The notes below the pieces were generated by a model. It was not told where the DNA came from. It worked only from the letters and a program-made list of their open reading frames with translations, and did not search any database. From positions 148,614,001 through 148,678,000 of the forward strand of contig OX597815.1 in NCBI GenBank assembly GCA_951406725.2: a stretch of 64,000 bases of DNA, in the 5' to 3' direction. Position numbers and translations under genes: made by a program. The DNA is from Octopus vulgaris (taxonomy: Eukaryota). This document shows positions 1 through 12,289 of this stretch, in pieces. Positions within the stretch are counted from its first letter, which is position 1, and every line of letters begins with the position of its first letter.

Positions 1-232
1 GCAATCCACAGACACGCGTACCCCTAACGTAGTTCTCACCGGAATTCAGCGTTACACAAAATGTGACAAGGCCGGCTCTTTGAAATACAGGTACAACTAA
101 TTTTTTCCAGGTGCGTGGACTGGAGCAACGTGAAATAAAGTGTCTTGCTCAAGAACACAACGCGTCGCCGGGAATCGAACGCACGACCTTACAATCGTGA
201 ACCGAATGCCCTAAACACTAAGCCACGCGCCT
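1..232 (-). mobile_element. tRNA-derived SINE (family B), 3' part runs off the window start
   Basis: Minus strand reads AGGCGCGTGGCTTAGTGTTTAGG (A box) ... GTTCGATTCCC (B box, 170-180), then GTTCTTGAGCAAGACACTTTATTTCACGTTGCTCCAGTCCAC. Related copies near 12300, 17330 and 23350. Confidence 0.85.
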
Positions 233-584
233 TCATAAATATATCTAATTTTTCTTGTGTGTTTAATAGTGTTGTTGGAATAAAAGGTATTTTTTATCGA
301 CCGTTTAATATTATTGCTACGTTTACATATTCGATTAGTCAGAGCGAAAATGATGTTAGTATTTCGAATACACAAGAAAGGACAGGCTTTCACAGAAAGT
401 TGTAGGTATTTATGTTTCAAAGTTTTTGAACAAGATCCTTTGTGTGTTCGGCCAGAGTAAATTGTAGATATGCAAGATTATCAACTCGTTTCGAACGAAA
501 TTTTAAATACTCACAAGAAACTGTAGATATTCTAGTTTTTTTTAGTCATTTTTCAGTTGTTCTACTTGGTTGTAGTAGTCCTTC

Positions 585-617
<33 letters not shown>

Positions 618-618
<1 letters not shown>

Positions 619-1161
619 TGAATTTCTGCCATTTTGGGGTTTCCCGGTATCTGAGTTAGGTAGCAATCAGCCCCTTTTGCTATCATTCCCAGGGCACCTA
701 TGACAACAGGTATTGTTTTAGTCTTCAGCTTCCGCATTTTGCTGATTTCTACTGCAAGATATTTATATTTGCTCAGTTTTTGGTAGGTCTTGACAGATAT
801 GTTTATATCGATTGGGACAGTCATATCAATGAGGAGGCATGTTCTTTGTCTGAAGTCTTTCAATATGATGTCTGACCTATTTGGTCATTTTCAAGCACTG
901 GAGGTGGTTTGTGTTCACACCAGTTTTTTTTCATGGGGCAAATCCAGGTTTTTGCAAATTACGCAGTGAATATATTGTGCAGCTCTATCATGCCTGTTGA
1001 GATACTCTGTAGGCGCTAGAAGACTGCACTTGGAGACAACATGATCAATGGTTTCATTTTGTTGTTGACATACACAACATGTTGGGCTACTGCCCTTCTT
1101 TAATGTTTTGGCCAGTAGTTCCTTGTTGGTAGGCTTTGATCTTGAGCTGCTATGATAAACC
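618..1161 (-). mobile_element. R4/Dong-type non-LTR retrotransposon fragment: CCHC zinc knuckle + restriction-like endonuclease
   Basis: Translations FIIAAQDQSLPT, CCVCQQQNETIDHVVSKC...YLNRHD and NRSDIILKDFRQRTCLLIDMTVP...KLSKYKYLAVEI...IPVVIGALG. Frameshifted and bounded by (ATT)n on both sides. Confidence 0.9.
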
Positions 1162-1285
1162 CTTATTATTATTATTAGTTTTATTATTATTATTTTATTA
1201 TTATTATTACTATTACTACTATTATTATTATTGTTGTTGTTGTTGTTGTTATTATTATTATTATCATTATTATTATTATTATTAT
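1162..1285. repeat. (ATT)n/(GTT)n compound microsatellite
   Basis: Directly visible. Confidence 0.95.
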
Positions 1286-1289
1286 TTTT

Positions 1290-1560
1290 CGTTGGCCTAC
1301 TTAATGCAAAATAATAAGCGTATATTACTCCTTTATATTCTTCCCGGTTCCATTTAGTTCTTTTATATTTTTGCTTTTGTGATAGTTGTGTCGTTGTGGT
1401 GGTGGACTTTGGGGGCTTAATTTCGGGCAAATCCCGTTTAAGTGACCTTCCAGGTCCATATACGGGGAAGATAATCTGCCATTTGAAAGTGTTTCTCCGT
1501 AAGGCTGACAGCCTCCTGCGAGGCGCACTTCCAGAATAACCATTGAACAATCGATTCGGT
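1290..1560 (-). mobile_element. N-terminal (Myb-like) region of an R4/Dong-type LINE ORF
   Basis: KRTKWNREEYKGVIYAYYFAL resembles the RxKWxxEExxxxxxxYY N-terminal motif of R4-clade ORFs. Same strand as, and just upstream of, the RLE fragment. Confidence 0.6.
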
Positions 1561-1648
1561 GTACTGTTTGAAATGTTCTTTCCTTTTTATTTAAAGTTAG
1601 ATTATTATTAAATTTTCATTTTTTAAATATTCTTGATTTTTTTTATTT

Positions 1649-1697
1649 ACTACTACTTCTACTACTACTACTACTACTACTGCTGCTGCTGCTGATG

Positions 1698-1778
<81 letters not shown>

Positions 1779-1795
1779 TTACTACTACTACTATT
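1649..1795. repeat. (CTA)n/(CTG)n microsatellite
   Basis: Directly visible. Confidence 0.95.
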
Positions 1796-1829
1796 TATTT
1801 TTAATATGCACGTGTGTTATGCTCACTCA

Positions 1830-2645
1830 CCGAGACACCCATTGTTCTACAGAAAGTGAAGAATAGAAGATGTTAAAGTGTGACTGAAAGCTTGGGGAGG
1901 GGAATTGGCAGGAGCAGTAGTGAAATATCTTCATGTAACACACGATACATTTAAATAGGTAGGATTTTCCTAAGGATGTTGGCAGTATTTGTCAGCACCA
2001 TCTTTTGGATTTTTCTGAGACATGTTTCTCCTGGTATATTATCTAGATCTTTCTGACATTCCTTTCTTATACCTAGGGCATCCACAACAAGAGCAATTCT
2101 TGCTTTAAGATGCTACATCTCTTTTACTCCAATTTCCAGGTCCATATGTCAACTTAATTAGTCAAATTCATTTACAGATATATCTTTATCATTGGGAACA
2201 CTTACATTTACACATATTTTCTTCTCTGTCGTTAGCCTGGATCGTTCAGTCGGTAGCTTTAACCTGTATATATTTTTGTGAGCAAGATTTGATCTTTGGT
2301 CGCTTGTATGGAATTGTCAATCTCTGCTTTCTCTCCTAAGCTTCTCAGCCACTGATGGATAGTTGTTCCGTCTACATCAGCATTTCAAATTCGAAGTATA
2401 TACTCTCCATGCAGAGACCTCTGGACCCAGCGCGACTTAACTTGTCACTGCCCGTTGAATTTTGAAGTCTGTTTCACCTGTTTTGCTATTTCAGTGGTAG
2501 GGGTTTCAGGTTTTTCATCTAATTCATTGTTGATGCCAAGTTCCCTTGCGATTTTGCAAGCTTCACTGACAATGGAATGTGATTTTTCAATTCTTCCGTG
2601 ATTGCACACAAGCTGCAGCATCTATTCCTCTGTACTAGATATATA
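1830..2645 (-). mobile_element. Decayed R4/Dong-type LINE 3' fragment (post-RT region, RLE C-terminus, 3' UTR)
   Basis: WVQRSLHGEY...DVDGTTIHQWLRS...KDQILLT and DLEIGVKEM*HLKARIALVVDALG...IPGETCLRKIQKMVLTNTANILRKIL*. Homologous to the copy at about 27900-28325. Confidence 0.8.
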
Positions 2646-2657
2646 CTTATTCATTGC

Positions 2658-2658
2658 T

Positions 2659-2713
<55 letters not shown>

Positions 2714-2720
2714 CCACCAC

Positions 2721-2798
<78 letters not shown>

Positions 2799-2905
2799 CA
2801 CTACTACTACTACTACTTCTACTACTACTACTATTGCTGCTACTACTACTATTATTATTATTATCATCATCATCGTCATCATCGTCATCATTATCATCAC
2901 CGTCA
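2658..2905. repeat. Compound trinucleotide microsatellite (CAT)n(CAC)n(ATT)n(ACT)n
   Basis: Directly visible; explains the poly-H/Y/I/T/S/L ORFs. Confidence 0.95.
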
Positions 2906-3446
2906 TTATGGAGCACTGTGATGAATTTCTCCCGCAAATTAACTTCTCGCTTTTGTTGCAGGGACTTCGGTGTTTACTTTGGAGTATGAGAGATCTCTTC
3001 CATACGTATTAGGTAAGAAAACTTTAACTGCAGCCGTGTTATAAAATGGAACAATTACGACATGGAAGACATGTATTATCTATTCAAAAACATGCAGTCT
3101 GTTACTATTTGTGGCAGAAGCATAGACTACCATTTAGGGTGTATTTCTATGACGATCGTAACGGATTTGGCGTTGCGATTTGTTCTTCGCCAAAGCAGTT
3201 CATATCACGCCGCTATACGATCATTTCAATACATGAGGTTTGGAACACTGTGCACCAGCACAGCCAATATCAAATTGATTTAATAAAAATACAAGCAATT
3301 AGTGAGTATAAGTAAAACATTTGTTCAGGCTGAGAAATACTTGTCGGATGTCTAAAAGCATCCACCATTCTGATGCATATATCCGTTTCATATATCGATA
3401 GATTGATATATAAGTAGGTGTAAAGAGATATAAATAGAAATATACA

Positions 3447-3676
3447 AGTGGCTGTGCGATAAGAAGCTTGCTTCCGAAACAGATCTTTCTGTGTTCAGTC
3501 CCACTGCGTAACACTCTATGTTCACATCCCTGTAACTTAGCTTTCCGAGTAAAAGAGACCGATAGAAGAAGAACTGGGATGTCAGAAATAAATCATTGGG
3601 TTTGTCTCTTCCACTAAATTCGGTACCCCAGCATGGCCGCAGTAAAATAACTGAAACACATAAAAGATGTAAAAGA
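3447..3676 (+). mobile_element. SINE family A, internally deleted copy
   Basis: GTGGCTGTGCGATAAGAAGCTTGC...GTTCAGTCCCACTGCG head joined to the ...CCCAGCATGGCCGCAG...CTGAAACA tail; matches the full copy at 55297-55742. Confidence 0.8.
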
Positions 3677-3681
3677 AATAT

Positions 3682-3982
3682 ACATTATTTAGATTTCACG
3701 GATATGTGTCCCCATCTTGTTTGTTTTAACATATCGTTTCGGCAGATAAACCCTCCAGCCTTCATCAGATGACTTGGGGAAGTTTCGAGCATGGGTTCTC
3801 ATTCCAAAATTGTTCTTCGATGTTATTATTATTATTAATGTTATAAATATCCATGTCACTACCTGGAATCAAACTCTGAATCCCTGGAGTTAGTAGCCCG
3901 CGTGCTTAGCCACTACGCCATATGCTCGTCTGTTCACAACAAACAAGATGAGTACAAATATCCGTCAAATGCAAATAATGTA
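3682..3982 (-). mobile_element. Small non-autonomous element: tRNA-like head + hammerhead-like core within about 50-bp inverted repeats
   Basis: Inverted repeats at 3682-3731 and 3931-3982. Minus-strand tRNA-like head at 3925-3857 (TGGCGTAGTGG; GTTTGATTCC). CTGATGA-a-ggctggagggtttatctgcc-GAAAC at 3768-3736. Confidence 0.65.
3726..3775 (-). ncRNA. Minimal type-I hammerhead ribozyme-like motif (probably mutated in this copy)
   Basis: gucau-CUGAUGA-a-[GGC..GCC stem II]-GAAAC-GAU-auguu. The cleavage triplet reads GAU instead of GUH. Confidence 0.55.
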
Positions 3983-5400
3983 AATAATGTACATAATTCC
4001 TCATCTCTTAAATATAGAACTGTAAAAGATATATATCACAACATATGGAAGTAAAATTTGAACAAACGGAATGCGAAGATGTGCCCCTTTTGGACACAGG
4101 GTATATTGTGAACCTATCTAAATCCTATACTGCTAAAACCTAATCTACTTGATTACACTACTTCGCGTTTAAGCGATTATTGTTCAGGCACAAAACTGAA
4201 ACAAAAGATATATCTGAATATACGAAAGTGTTAATACATCAGATTATTATCTCTATTTCCCCGCTATATTTATCGACCTCTTCATCTATATGACTCCGGA
4301 TTAATATTCTGTAAAATATATATAAATTTGCTTCAATCCCGAAAAGCTTGTACTATCTTAATTCCGTATCTGAAAAAAGTGCTAATGGGAGATGTCTTAC
4401 ATATTTTTATACGTGTATAACTACGCAACGCATTATCTCGAATACATAGTGCAAAAATTTCCCACTTACCTGTTTCAATATATATATATATATATGTGTG
4501 TGTGAGAGATGTGTGTATGTATATATATATGTGTGTGTGTGTGTATATATATATATGATATATATATATATATATATATGCTTGTGTGTGCTTATATATA
4601 TATATATACACATATACATCTATACAATAATTATTATATTGCACGTATATGATATATACAATACATATATACATATGTATAATTATGATAATTTTATATC
4701 ACAGTAAAATGAAGGTTAATGTGATATATTCGGGAATATATGGACTACAGAGTGTTATATGCATACTTAGGAAAAAAAGTATAATACTTGAAGAATCTTC
4801 TTTAATAAAAAGTAAAGAATTTTTTCAAAAGAAAATCATCGAGATACCCATCTTGTTTTATGTTTCTCCTACACTACAAACATCAATACACCGCATACAT
4901 ATTAATATAGCAGTAATCGCAGCTATGAAGAAGAAAACATTAACCATAATGCTGAAGACTGTTATTGAAATTTGCTCCTGAAAGTGTTTCTTTATTAAAA
5001 AGCTTTTATTTTCAAATTAATCTAATGTCCATTATGAAGAAAATGACATATTAAAAACTAGGATAAAATCTATCACTTGTAATAAAGAGGTATGATTGAT
5101 GATTTCAATATAAAAATTTCTGTGATAAAAAAATTAAAGAGACAGAAAAATGTGACCTTTTATCAAAGAAAATGTTGGGGAAGTAATAAGAATTGGCTCG
5201 TGTATAAAAGAAGAATATTGATTCAACATGATGTACAAAATAGGCGAAAGACATTATGTGCAGAATTCCAGACAAACAAATCCACAATTTCTTTTTACAA
5301 TTAACCAGGTATAGCTATTTTCCTTTCTCAGTGTTAACTTAAGGAAAAAATATATTTCGGGCTATGCCACATAAGTAAATCTCCAAACACATACAGACCT

Positions 5401-5401
5401 T

Positions 5402-5490
<89 letters not shown>
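5401..5490. repeat. (TA)n microsatellite
   Basis: Directly visible; one of many similar tracts (e.g. 7060-7130, 22368-22497, 30955-31040, 44600-44680, 54861-54927). Confidence 0.95.
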
Positions 5491-5492
<2 letters not shown>

Positions 5493-5736
5493 TAATATTA
5501 GAGATAAAACCACTATGCATACGTGTGTGTATAAGAATATGAGTATACGCTTCGGTTTTAATGTGTGTTTGAGATAGGAGGAGGAGGGGAAGGAGAGAGA
5601 GAGAGAGATAGAGAGAGAAAATCGACATGCAAATACGTAGAAAAACATCACTAAATAGATGAATGTGTGTGTGTGTGCGTGCATCGGATACCTTCGTATC
5701 TACACGCTTTCGCATACATACGCACAACTCATATAT

Positions 5737-6080
5737 TTTTCATGCAATCATTGTTGGACTGTTCTAATGCCGGGACAAAGCTTTCAAGGGTTTTGCTATA
5801 CAAATAAACTGCAGTATTTATTTTAAGCACAGTGCTTATAATATTTGTTTCTTTATTCCCCATAGGGGGAGGGGCTAAACATACAGGGGACAAACAAAGA
5901 CAGACAAAGAGATTAAGTTGATTGCATCGACTCCACTGCACAACTGGTACGTATTTACCCGATCCCGAAAGGATGGAAGGCAAATTCGATCTCACCTGAA
6001 TTTGAACTCAGAAAGTAGCGACAGACGAAATACAGCTAAGCATTTCGCCCAGCGTGCTAAGGATTCTGCTAGTTCGCCGC
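5737..6080 (-). mobile_element. SINE family C head/body followed by a decayed family-A-like tail
   Basis: Minus strand GGCGAACTAGCAGAATCCTTAGCACGCTGGGCGAAATGCTTAG...CTGAGTTCAAATTC...TTGCCTTCCATCCTTTCGGGATCG; 5737-5845 resembles the family A 3' end. Confidence 0.8.
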
Positions 6081-6216
6081 TCTTATATTGGTCTTTCGGC
6101 GAATAACTATGATGCGGAATACGAACAATACAGCACGTGTTGTGAAGCGGTATTAGTGGACAAATATAGACATCTGTCTGTCTATCTATCTATCTATCTT
6201 TCTCTCTATCTATCTA

Positions 6217-6282
<66 letters not shown>

Positions 6283-6290
6283 TATATAAA

Positions 6291-6965
6291 TCTTTAAAAA
6301 TGTTTTAGTCCGAAGGCCGTGACCATGCTGGGGCACCACCTCTGAATGAGCTACACTAATATGTGAATCCACCTCTGATACGTGGCACTTGATCAACAAG
6401 GGAGTTCGATGCTGCTGCACGCAGCTGCGTCTCCTGTCGTGAGGTAGGTTCATCTTGGACTCCCGACAAGAAGAGATCCCGTTTAGTTTTAAAGAAACCC
6501 ACATCCACACCATGTTCTGCGGTTGGGGTAACTTTGAATGCCAAAGTTTGGGACAAGACCCTCCAGGATTTTCCAGATGTATATCACCGCCTATCTCTTC
6601 CGCTTCCGCTCTAGGGAGAAGAGGTTTAATACTTTCAGTGTTTCCCAGTAGCTGATATTTTGCATTGAGACGATCTTCTTTGTGTAGCTTCTCTGAAATG
6701 CTTCGAGTTCTGCTGTTAGTTTTGTATTGGGTGGTGACCATAGCTGGGAGCAGTAGTCCAAGCGGCTGAGGACGAATGTTTTCCAGAGGACCATCAGTGT
6801 CTCCTTCTCTCTCGTTCTAAAAGTTCGGAGAATCCATCCAGCTAGCCGTCTGCATTTTATCACCAGATTAGTAATATGCACTTGGAAAGATGCATCATTG
6901 CGCATGTCAATGCCCAGGTCACGCACTGATTTTGACTCAGGGATTGCAATTCTTCCTGGGCCAGG
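6291..6965 (-). mobile_element. CR1-clade LINE 3' fragment (RT thumb, C-terminus and 3' tail)
   Basis: VRDLGI...ILRTF...SRLDYCSQLWSP...LEAFQRSYTK...LNLFSLERKRKR, then after frameshift IYIWKILEGLVPN and FKTKRDLFLSGVQDEP...AASNSL. Internally deleted and 5'-truncated. Confidence 0.9.
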
Positions 6966-7071
6966 AAATATATATATATTTTATTATTTATGTAAATATA
7001 TTATTTATTATTCTTACTATTTAATTGAATGTCACGCACCCATTCCAAGTATATGTATATATATATATATA

Positions 7072-7143
<72 letters not shown>

Positions 7144-7289
7144 TGTATATTATAATTCTCTCTCTCACACACTCACACGAGCATATGAAGTTAACACAAG
7201 GTGGAAAAAATACTCGAATGCCAAATTTAGTGTGTGTGCGTTTGTGTGTGTCTCTCCCTATGTGTGTGCGTGTGTGTGGGTGTGTGGGC

Positions 7290-7484
7290 GGGTGTGATCG
7301 CGTGTGTATCGCTGTCAATTTTCTTTCCTCGTCTTCCCTTCTTTGGACTTCTATATTTTTTCGATGAAGAACTCCGCCCGAATCGTGGAATCCTCTTTCT
7401 TTTCTTGCATTCATGAGCGTCCAATCACATTACTGATTCCACGTCCTCGTGTTGTTGTTTTTTTTGCTTGTTCATATTTGGATT

Positions 7485-7488
<4 letters not shown>
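7290..7488 (+). mobile_element. Penelope-type 3' end (pLTR remnant) with degenerate hammerhead-like core
   Basis: TCGATGAAGAACTCCGCCCGAATCGT (7361-7386) resembles CTGATGAA-GAGC..GCTC-GAAACGT; downstream resembles 47040-47130; ends in (TA)n. Confidence 0.45.
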
Positions 7489-7517
<29 letters not shown>

Positions 7518-7520
<3 letters not shown>

Positions 7521-7690
7521 AGAATTCACAAAAATACAAAAGACGAAGACAGAGGATGTATCTGTTAGTTATTAGTATAATGCTCTGGAAATAGAAATTC
7601 CTAAACGTTTCGAGCCTACGCTATTCCACAGAAAGGAACACAGAAAAAAGCACGGAGAGAAAATAAAGAATGTGTAGTGGCTAGCGATAG
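7518..7690 (-). mobile_element. Penelope-type 3' end, same family as 46980-47133
   Basis: Reverse complement aligns with the 3' end of the Penelope element (CTGTGGAA.AGCGTAGGCTCGAAACG ... GTCTTCGTCTTTT ... GTGAATTC.CCC + (TA)n). Confidence 0.8.
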
Positions 7691-9275
7691 ATAGAGAAAT
7701 TTGTGTATGTATGTTTATCTGAGTGTATGTAGGTGGATCAGTGTTTGTCTGTGTGGTTCTTTGCATATGTGTGTTCGTGTGTTTGTGAGTGTGCGTATGG
7801 CTGTGTGTATACAATGTGTTACAAACACAAAATACTGTTTTACGGATAAAGAAGCGCTTCTTTATCACTGGCATATATGTATATGTATACAGAGTCAACG
7901 CACACAGACACACATACACAGTACACACGCATACACTCGCACTTACACATATACACATATATAGACACACACACACATACACACTCGCTCACAAACTTAC
8001 GCACACACATGACTGTATGTGCATGTGTACGTATGTATATGTATGTTTCTATGAATGTAAGCAGGTATGTATATTTGTATGTACGTGTGCTTGTCTGTGT
8101 ATGTATGTTTTTGTATGTAAGGACGTATGTATGTGTGTATGTATGTTCGTATGCATGTACGTATGCAGTAGGTAATGAGGATTATTGAAGTAAGCTGCAT
8201 ATTACAAAACGAAAGCACGTCTATAATCAATGTGGATATGTTACAATAATATATTTGTCTATAGGTTATCGAAGATAAATTGATATTTTCTCTTTCATCT
8301 TCTAAACTATCAATTACAAGAAAGAAAGAAAAAGAGAAATAGAATTATTTAAGCGCCATATTTCTTTTTGTTAAATCAAATAGCTAGAGGAATATATAAA
8401 AGTTTAAAAATATGTTTAAAACTAAACTGCCTCCAACTCCCTCACTATCAAACGCTTGAAGAAAAGGAAATATTCCAATAATCAATAACAACTCCGAATC
8501 ATACGTTTTTATAGTGAAAAGTTTATCAGCAAATTTTAAACAAGTAAAGTGTATGACTTTTGAAACAGGCAACTAGCTATGCATATCGTCATACATATAT
8601 GCATAAGTACCTCTAACTCCACATAAAATTATATATACATATATGTATACATGTATATATATATAGGTATGTATATATGTAAATATATATATATATATAT
8701 TTATATATACACGCATACATATATATATATATATATAGATAGAGAGAGAGAGAGGTACCAAGAATACCCTAGATCGCAGGTAAGGCTATATATATATGCT
8801 ATGGGTGGACCGTAGTTAGACTCTCGATTCGATAAAAATACGAGGGGGGAGTCTTATGTGGAACTTGTGTGAGTGTGTGTATGTTAAACAAAACCAAGAC
8901 TCCATGGGATTTCTGGGACATTTAAAAAGACGAACGTAGTCCTAGAACTTTTTTCTGGATATAAGAGATACACCTCCATCAATGACAATCTGAAAGAGTT
9001 AACTAGATGGAAATGGTAAAGTTACATCCTTCCAATATCCAATCTTTTCCAGAATAACACTTTATATTGAAATCTACTATTTCCCTCTAGTTAAACATCT
9101 GATATCGTCTCTGGTGAAGTGATATCCGTAATACTCCAGAAACAGCTGTAAGACTACCTTTCTCTTTATAAACTACCAATAAATTCCGCACTGCCTTGGT
9201 CTTGTTGGCACATTTCATTAAAGAACACATACACACACACATGCACATATATGTATGTATATGTATGTGTGTGTA

Positions 9276-9443
9276 TGTGGTAAGAAGCTTGCTACCGAAC
9301 TACATGATTCCAGGTTCAGTCCCACTACGTGACACCTGGTCACCTTGGTCAACTATCTTCTACTATAGCTTCGGACGAAGGCCTAGTGAGGGGATTTGGC
9401 AGTCGGAAACTAAAAGGAACCCATCGTATAATACATATGCGTA

Positions 9444-9501
<58 letters not shown>

Positions 9502-9652
9502 TGTGTCTGTGTTTGTTCCCCACCATCACTTGACAACCGATGTTGGTATGTTTACGTTCCCGAAACTTAGCAGTTCGCCAAAAGCGAACGCTAGATTAAG
9601 TCCGGGGTTCGAATCGTTCGACTAAAGGTGATGCTCCAGCATGGGAGCAGTC
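9276..9652 (+). mobile_element. SINE family A with internal (GT)n
   Basis: TGTGGTAAGAAGCTTGC...GGTTCAGTCCCACT...CTTGACAACCGATG...GGTGATGCTCCAGCATGG. Confidence 0.85.
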
Positions 9653-9889
9653 TTGAAGCACATCTGCTCATTCCATTACTACTTCCGTTGTTGTGTTTGT
9701 GTAAGGTGGTTATTAGAGTTGAAAATTGTGGAAATATTGTTTACAGTCGCGATGTAAGACAGGAAGCTGCATTATATTATTGGTCCAATTGAAAAACAAT
9801 AAATTCAATATATATGTGTTCGTGTGTGTGTGTGTGTTTTTGTGTGTGTGAAATTTTACGCCTTGCCTGTAAATTAAACGCAGATTAGC

Positions 9890-10106
9890 TATTTATTCTT
9901 TTCTACTTTGGCAGAAGACCCGACATTTTTTAGGGATGGGACCAGACGATTAGATCGCCCCCAGTAAACAACTTAATTGATCGACCCCGAAAGGATGAAT
10001 GGCAAAGTTGACCTCGGCGGAATTTGAACTCAGAACGTAAATACATATGAAATACCGCCAGGCATTTCACCCGGCGTACTGACGTTTCTGCCAGCTCGCC
10101 GCCTTA
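9890..10106 (-). mobile_element. SINE family C
   Basis: Minus strand TAAGGCGGCGAGCTGGCAGAAACG...GTTCTGAGTTCAAATTCCGCCGAGGTCAACTTTGCC.TTCATCCTTTCGGGGTCGAT. Confidence 0.85.
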
Positions 10107-12289
10107 CATTAGTTCTTTATAAATACTTTTGCTTTAAAATGTTTGCTTTAAAATGTTGATGCACATTTCAAAATCGCTTCTATAGTAATATATCTAATGT
10201 TTTGTTCACGCTAAATGTGTGAGTCACCATCTATGTTACGAATAAAAACACCTTACATACATAGACTTTTCAGACGATTGGTATATACAATGTCTTTGTC
10301 TCAAATACGCGATAAAACATCGGTACAATTGTACTTGCACATGCGAAACGAAAATCCGCTTAGAATTCAGTGTATACGTGTGGCAAGATTAAATTGTCTT
10401 TTGTACAGAACGAAAAACAGTAATTCCAAGGTGATGATGGTGAAAATGTTGCAGAAGAAAACTTTAAAAAATGGAGGCAAATATTAATCATAAGTATACC
10501 TAGCTGCGATATGATTCCCCAAAAAGTGAATCAATGCAGAATATAACAGCTTAACGGATAAACCTCGGTAATGCCTCTATTAACGCTTTAAGTAGTTTCA
10601 CGGCAAATATCAAACACTCAAGTAACATTGACATCACTGCATCACTAAAATCTCTACGTATGCTCAAAACCTTAGAAATAAAAGCACCAAAACATACAAG
10701 GAAACCAAATTCTCTGCATGTTACGCTATAAACGTTGAAGAGAAAGTGCGAGCTACATTCCTATATAAGGAGAATCGCTTCATGATTACACTGACGAATC
10801 AAAAACCACATGCAATCTGATTAACCTCTCTAAGGGTGATATAGGCATTGCCAACAAGAGTATGCTCGATACTATGAAGTCCAATAATAGAAGGGCTACA
10901 GGGTTGATCCAATGGGATTCTAGCACTGCAATAATTGACTACTTCCGCAGCTTCAGGAAAAAGCAACCTGCTGCTTAAACCCGCTTGATGTCTTCGAGTT
11001 CTACATTTCACTATCAAAGTCTCTCCTGTGGCATTTAGATTTTGATAGGAAATTTACCGCTATCAGCGACCAAAATATCAGAATCATTATTTGTATTCAT
11101 TATTTTCATAAATGTTATCTAATTGTAACCGATAATCCGAAAATGAACAGAACAGTTTAAGCACATATTTGTTGGAAAAAAGGAATTTTCTAGAATGGAT
11201 GCGATGAAGAGTATACTGAATAATAACAACTTAGTTAACTATCTTAATTTCTTTCACAACAGTAAATTAATGTAACCACATATATTGTGTGATTGGCGAT
11301 TAAATATATTTTGCTGAATCTTGTAATAACTTTTGCATTGACGGTGATTAACATTAACGGATCGATCTATCATTTCAAATATTCATTTCGAAAATTCCAT
11401 TGATTTACTCACACTCTAATCATTTTGACTTAACATTCGCACGTAATGTGAAAGAATATTTATCGTTATTTCTGAATAAACAATATCTCTTTGATAACCC
11501 TCTTCAATTTCTAGATTCATCTTTTTTTATATCTATCTGTAAAGGCAACATCATTTTTCTTCAAACTTGTACTACATCAACTTATAATCATGTTGTTCTC
11601 TTTCACATTTGTAATCGATACCATACTATTCTCTAAAATATCTGATATTTATTCTCTCAACGTAATATATTATCTATATACCTTCATCGTGAGATCACTA
11701 ATACATCAATATTATTATCACAGTTAATGGTTTTTCTCTCAATTATTAAGATATTGATAAAGTATGTTACAAGCAACGATATTAGCAGGGATCCGACGAA
11801 ACCGAAAATATTACAATAGTACTCATGGACATGCTAAGTGTTATTATGAACAATAATTATATCAAATTTCGCAAACTGGATGATATTCTAAATGAAATGT
11901 AGGCACTAAATATGTTTCAGTTAGGCATTCGCCTTTTAAGCATTCTCAATTCATATTGACGTAGTGCTTATATCATTGTGTATTATGCATTCTATCTTAA
12001 TCTCCAACAATGGTTTTAAATCTATACGTCTGTACTTGTATACATATATTCATACAAACACACATTTATACACGCACACACAAAAACACATACACACTTA
12101 ATCATGCATATTCGCGTGTATATACATATGTATATGACCTGTCCCGTCGTTAGAGGATATATGAGGGTTCGGCATCTTCTTATCGAACAACCTCAGAAAT
12201 GACTTGTTTATAGTGATAAAATGTTTTGTGTACACATGATCTCCCTCAGATCGACATTACCTATACAATTGAAACGGGTGCAACGGGTG

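Noticed and set aside
380-585. Possible further RLE-LINE remnant next to (ATT)n
   Set aside because: No convincing motif could be recovered in any frame.
2598-3012. ORFs with poly-H/Y/I/T/S/L (and similar at 22057, 28332, 29042, 31844, 44526, 47527, 49649)
   Set aside because: Translations of di- and trinucleotide microsatellites that lack stops in some frames; no coding evidence.
3857-3925. tRNA gene (also 165-232 and 14175-14245)
   Set aside because: A and B boxes are present but there is no complete cloverleaf; these are heads of repeats.
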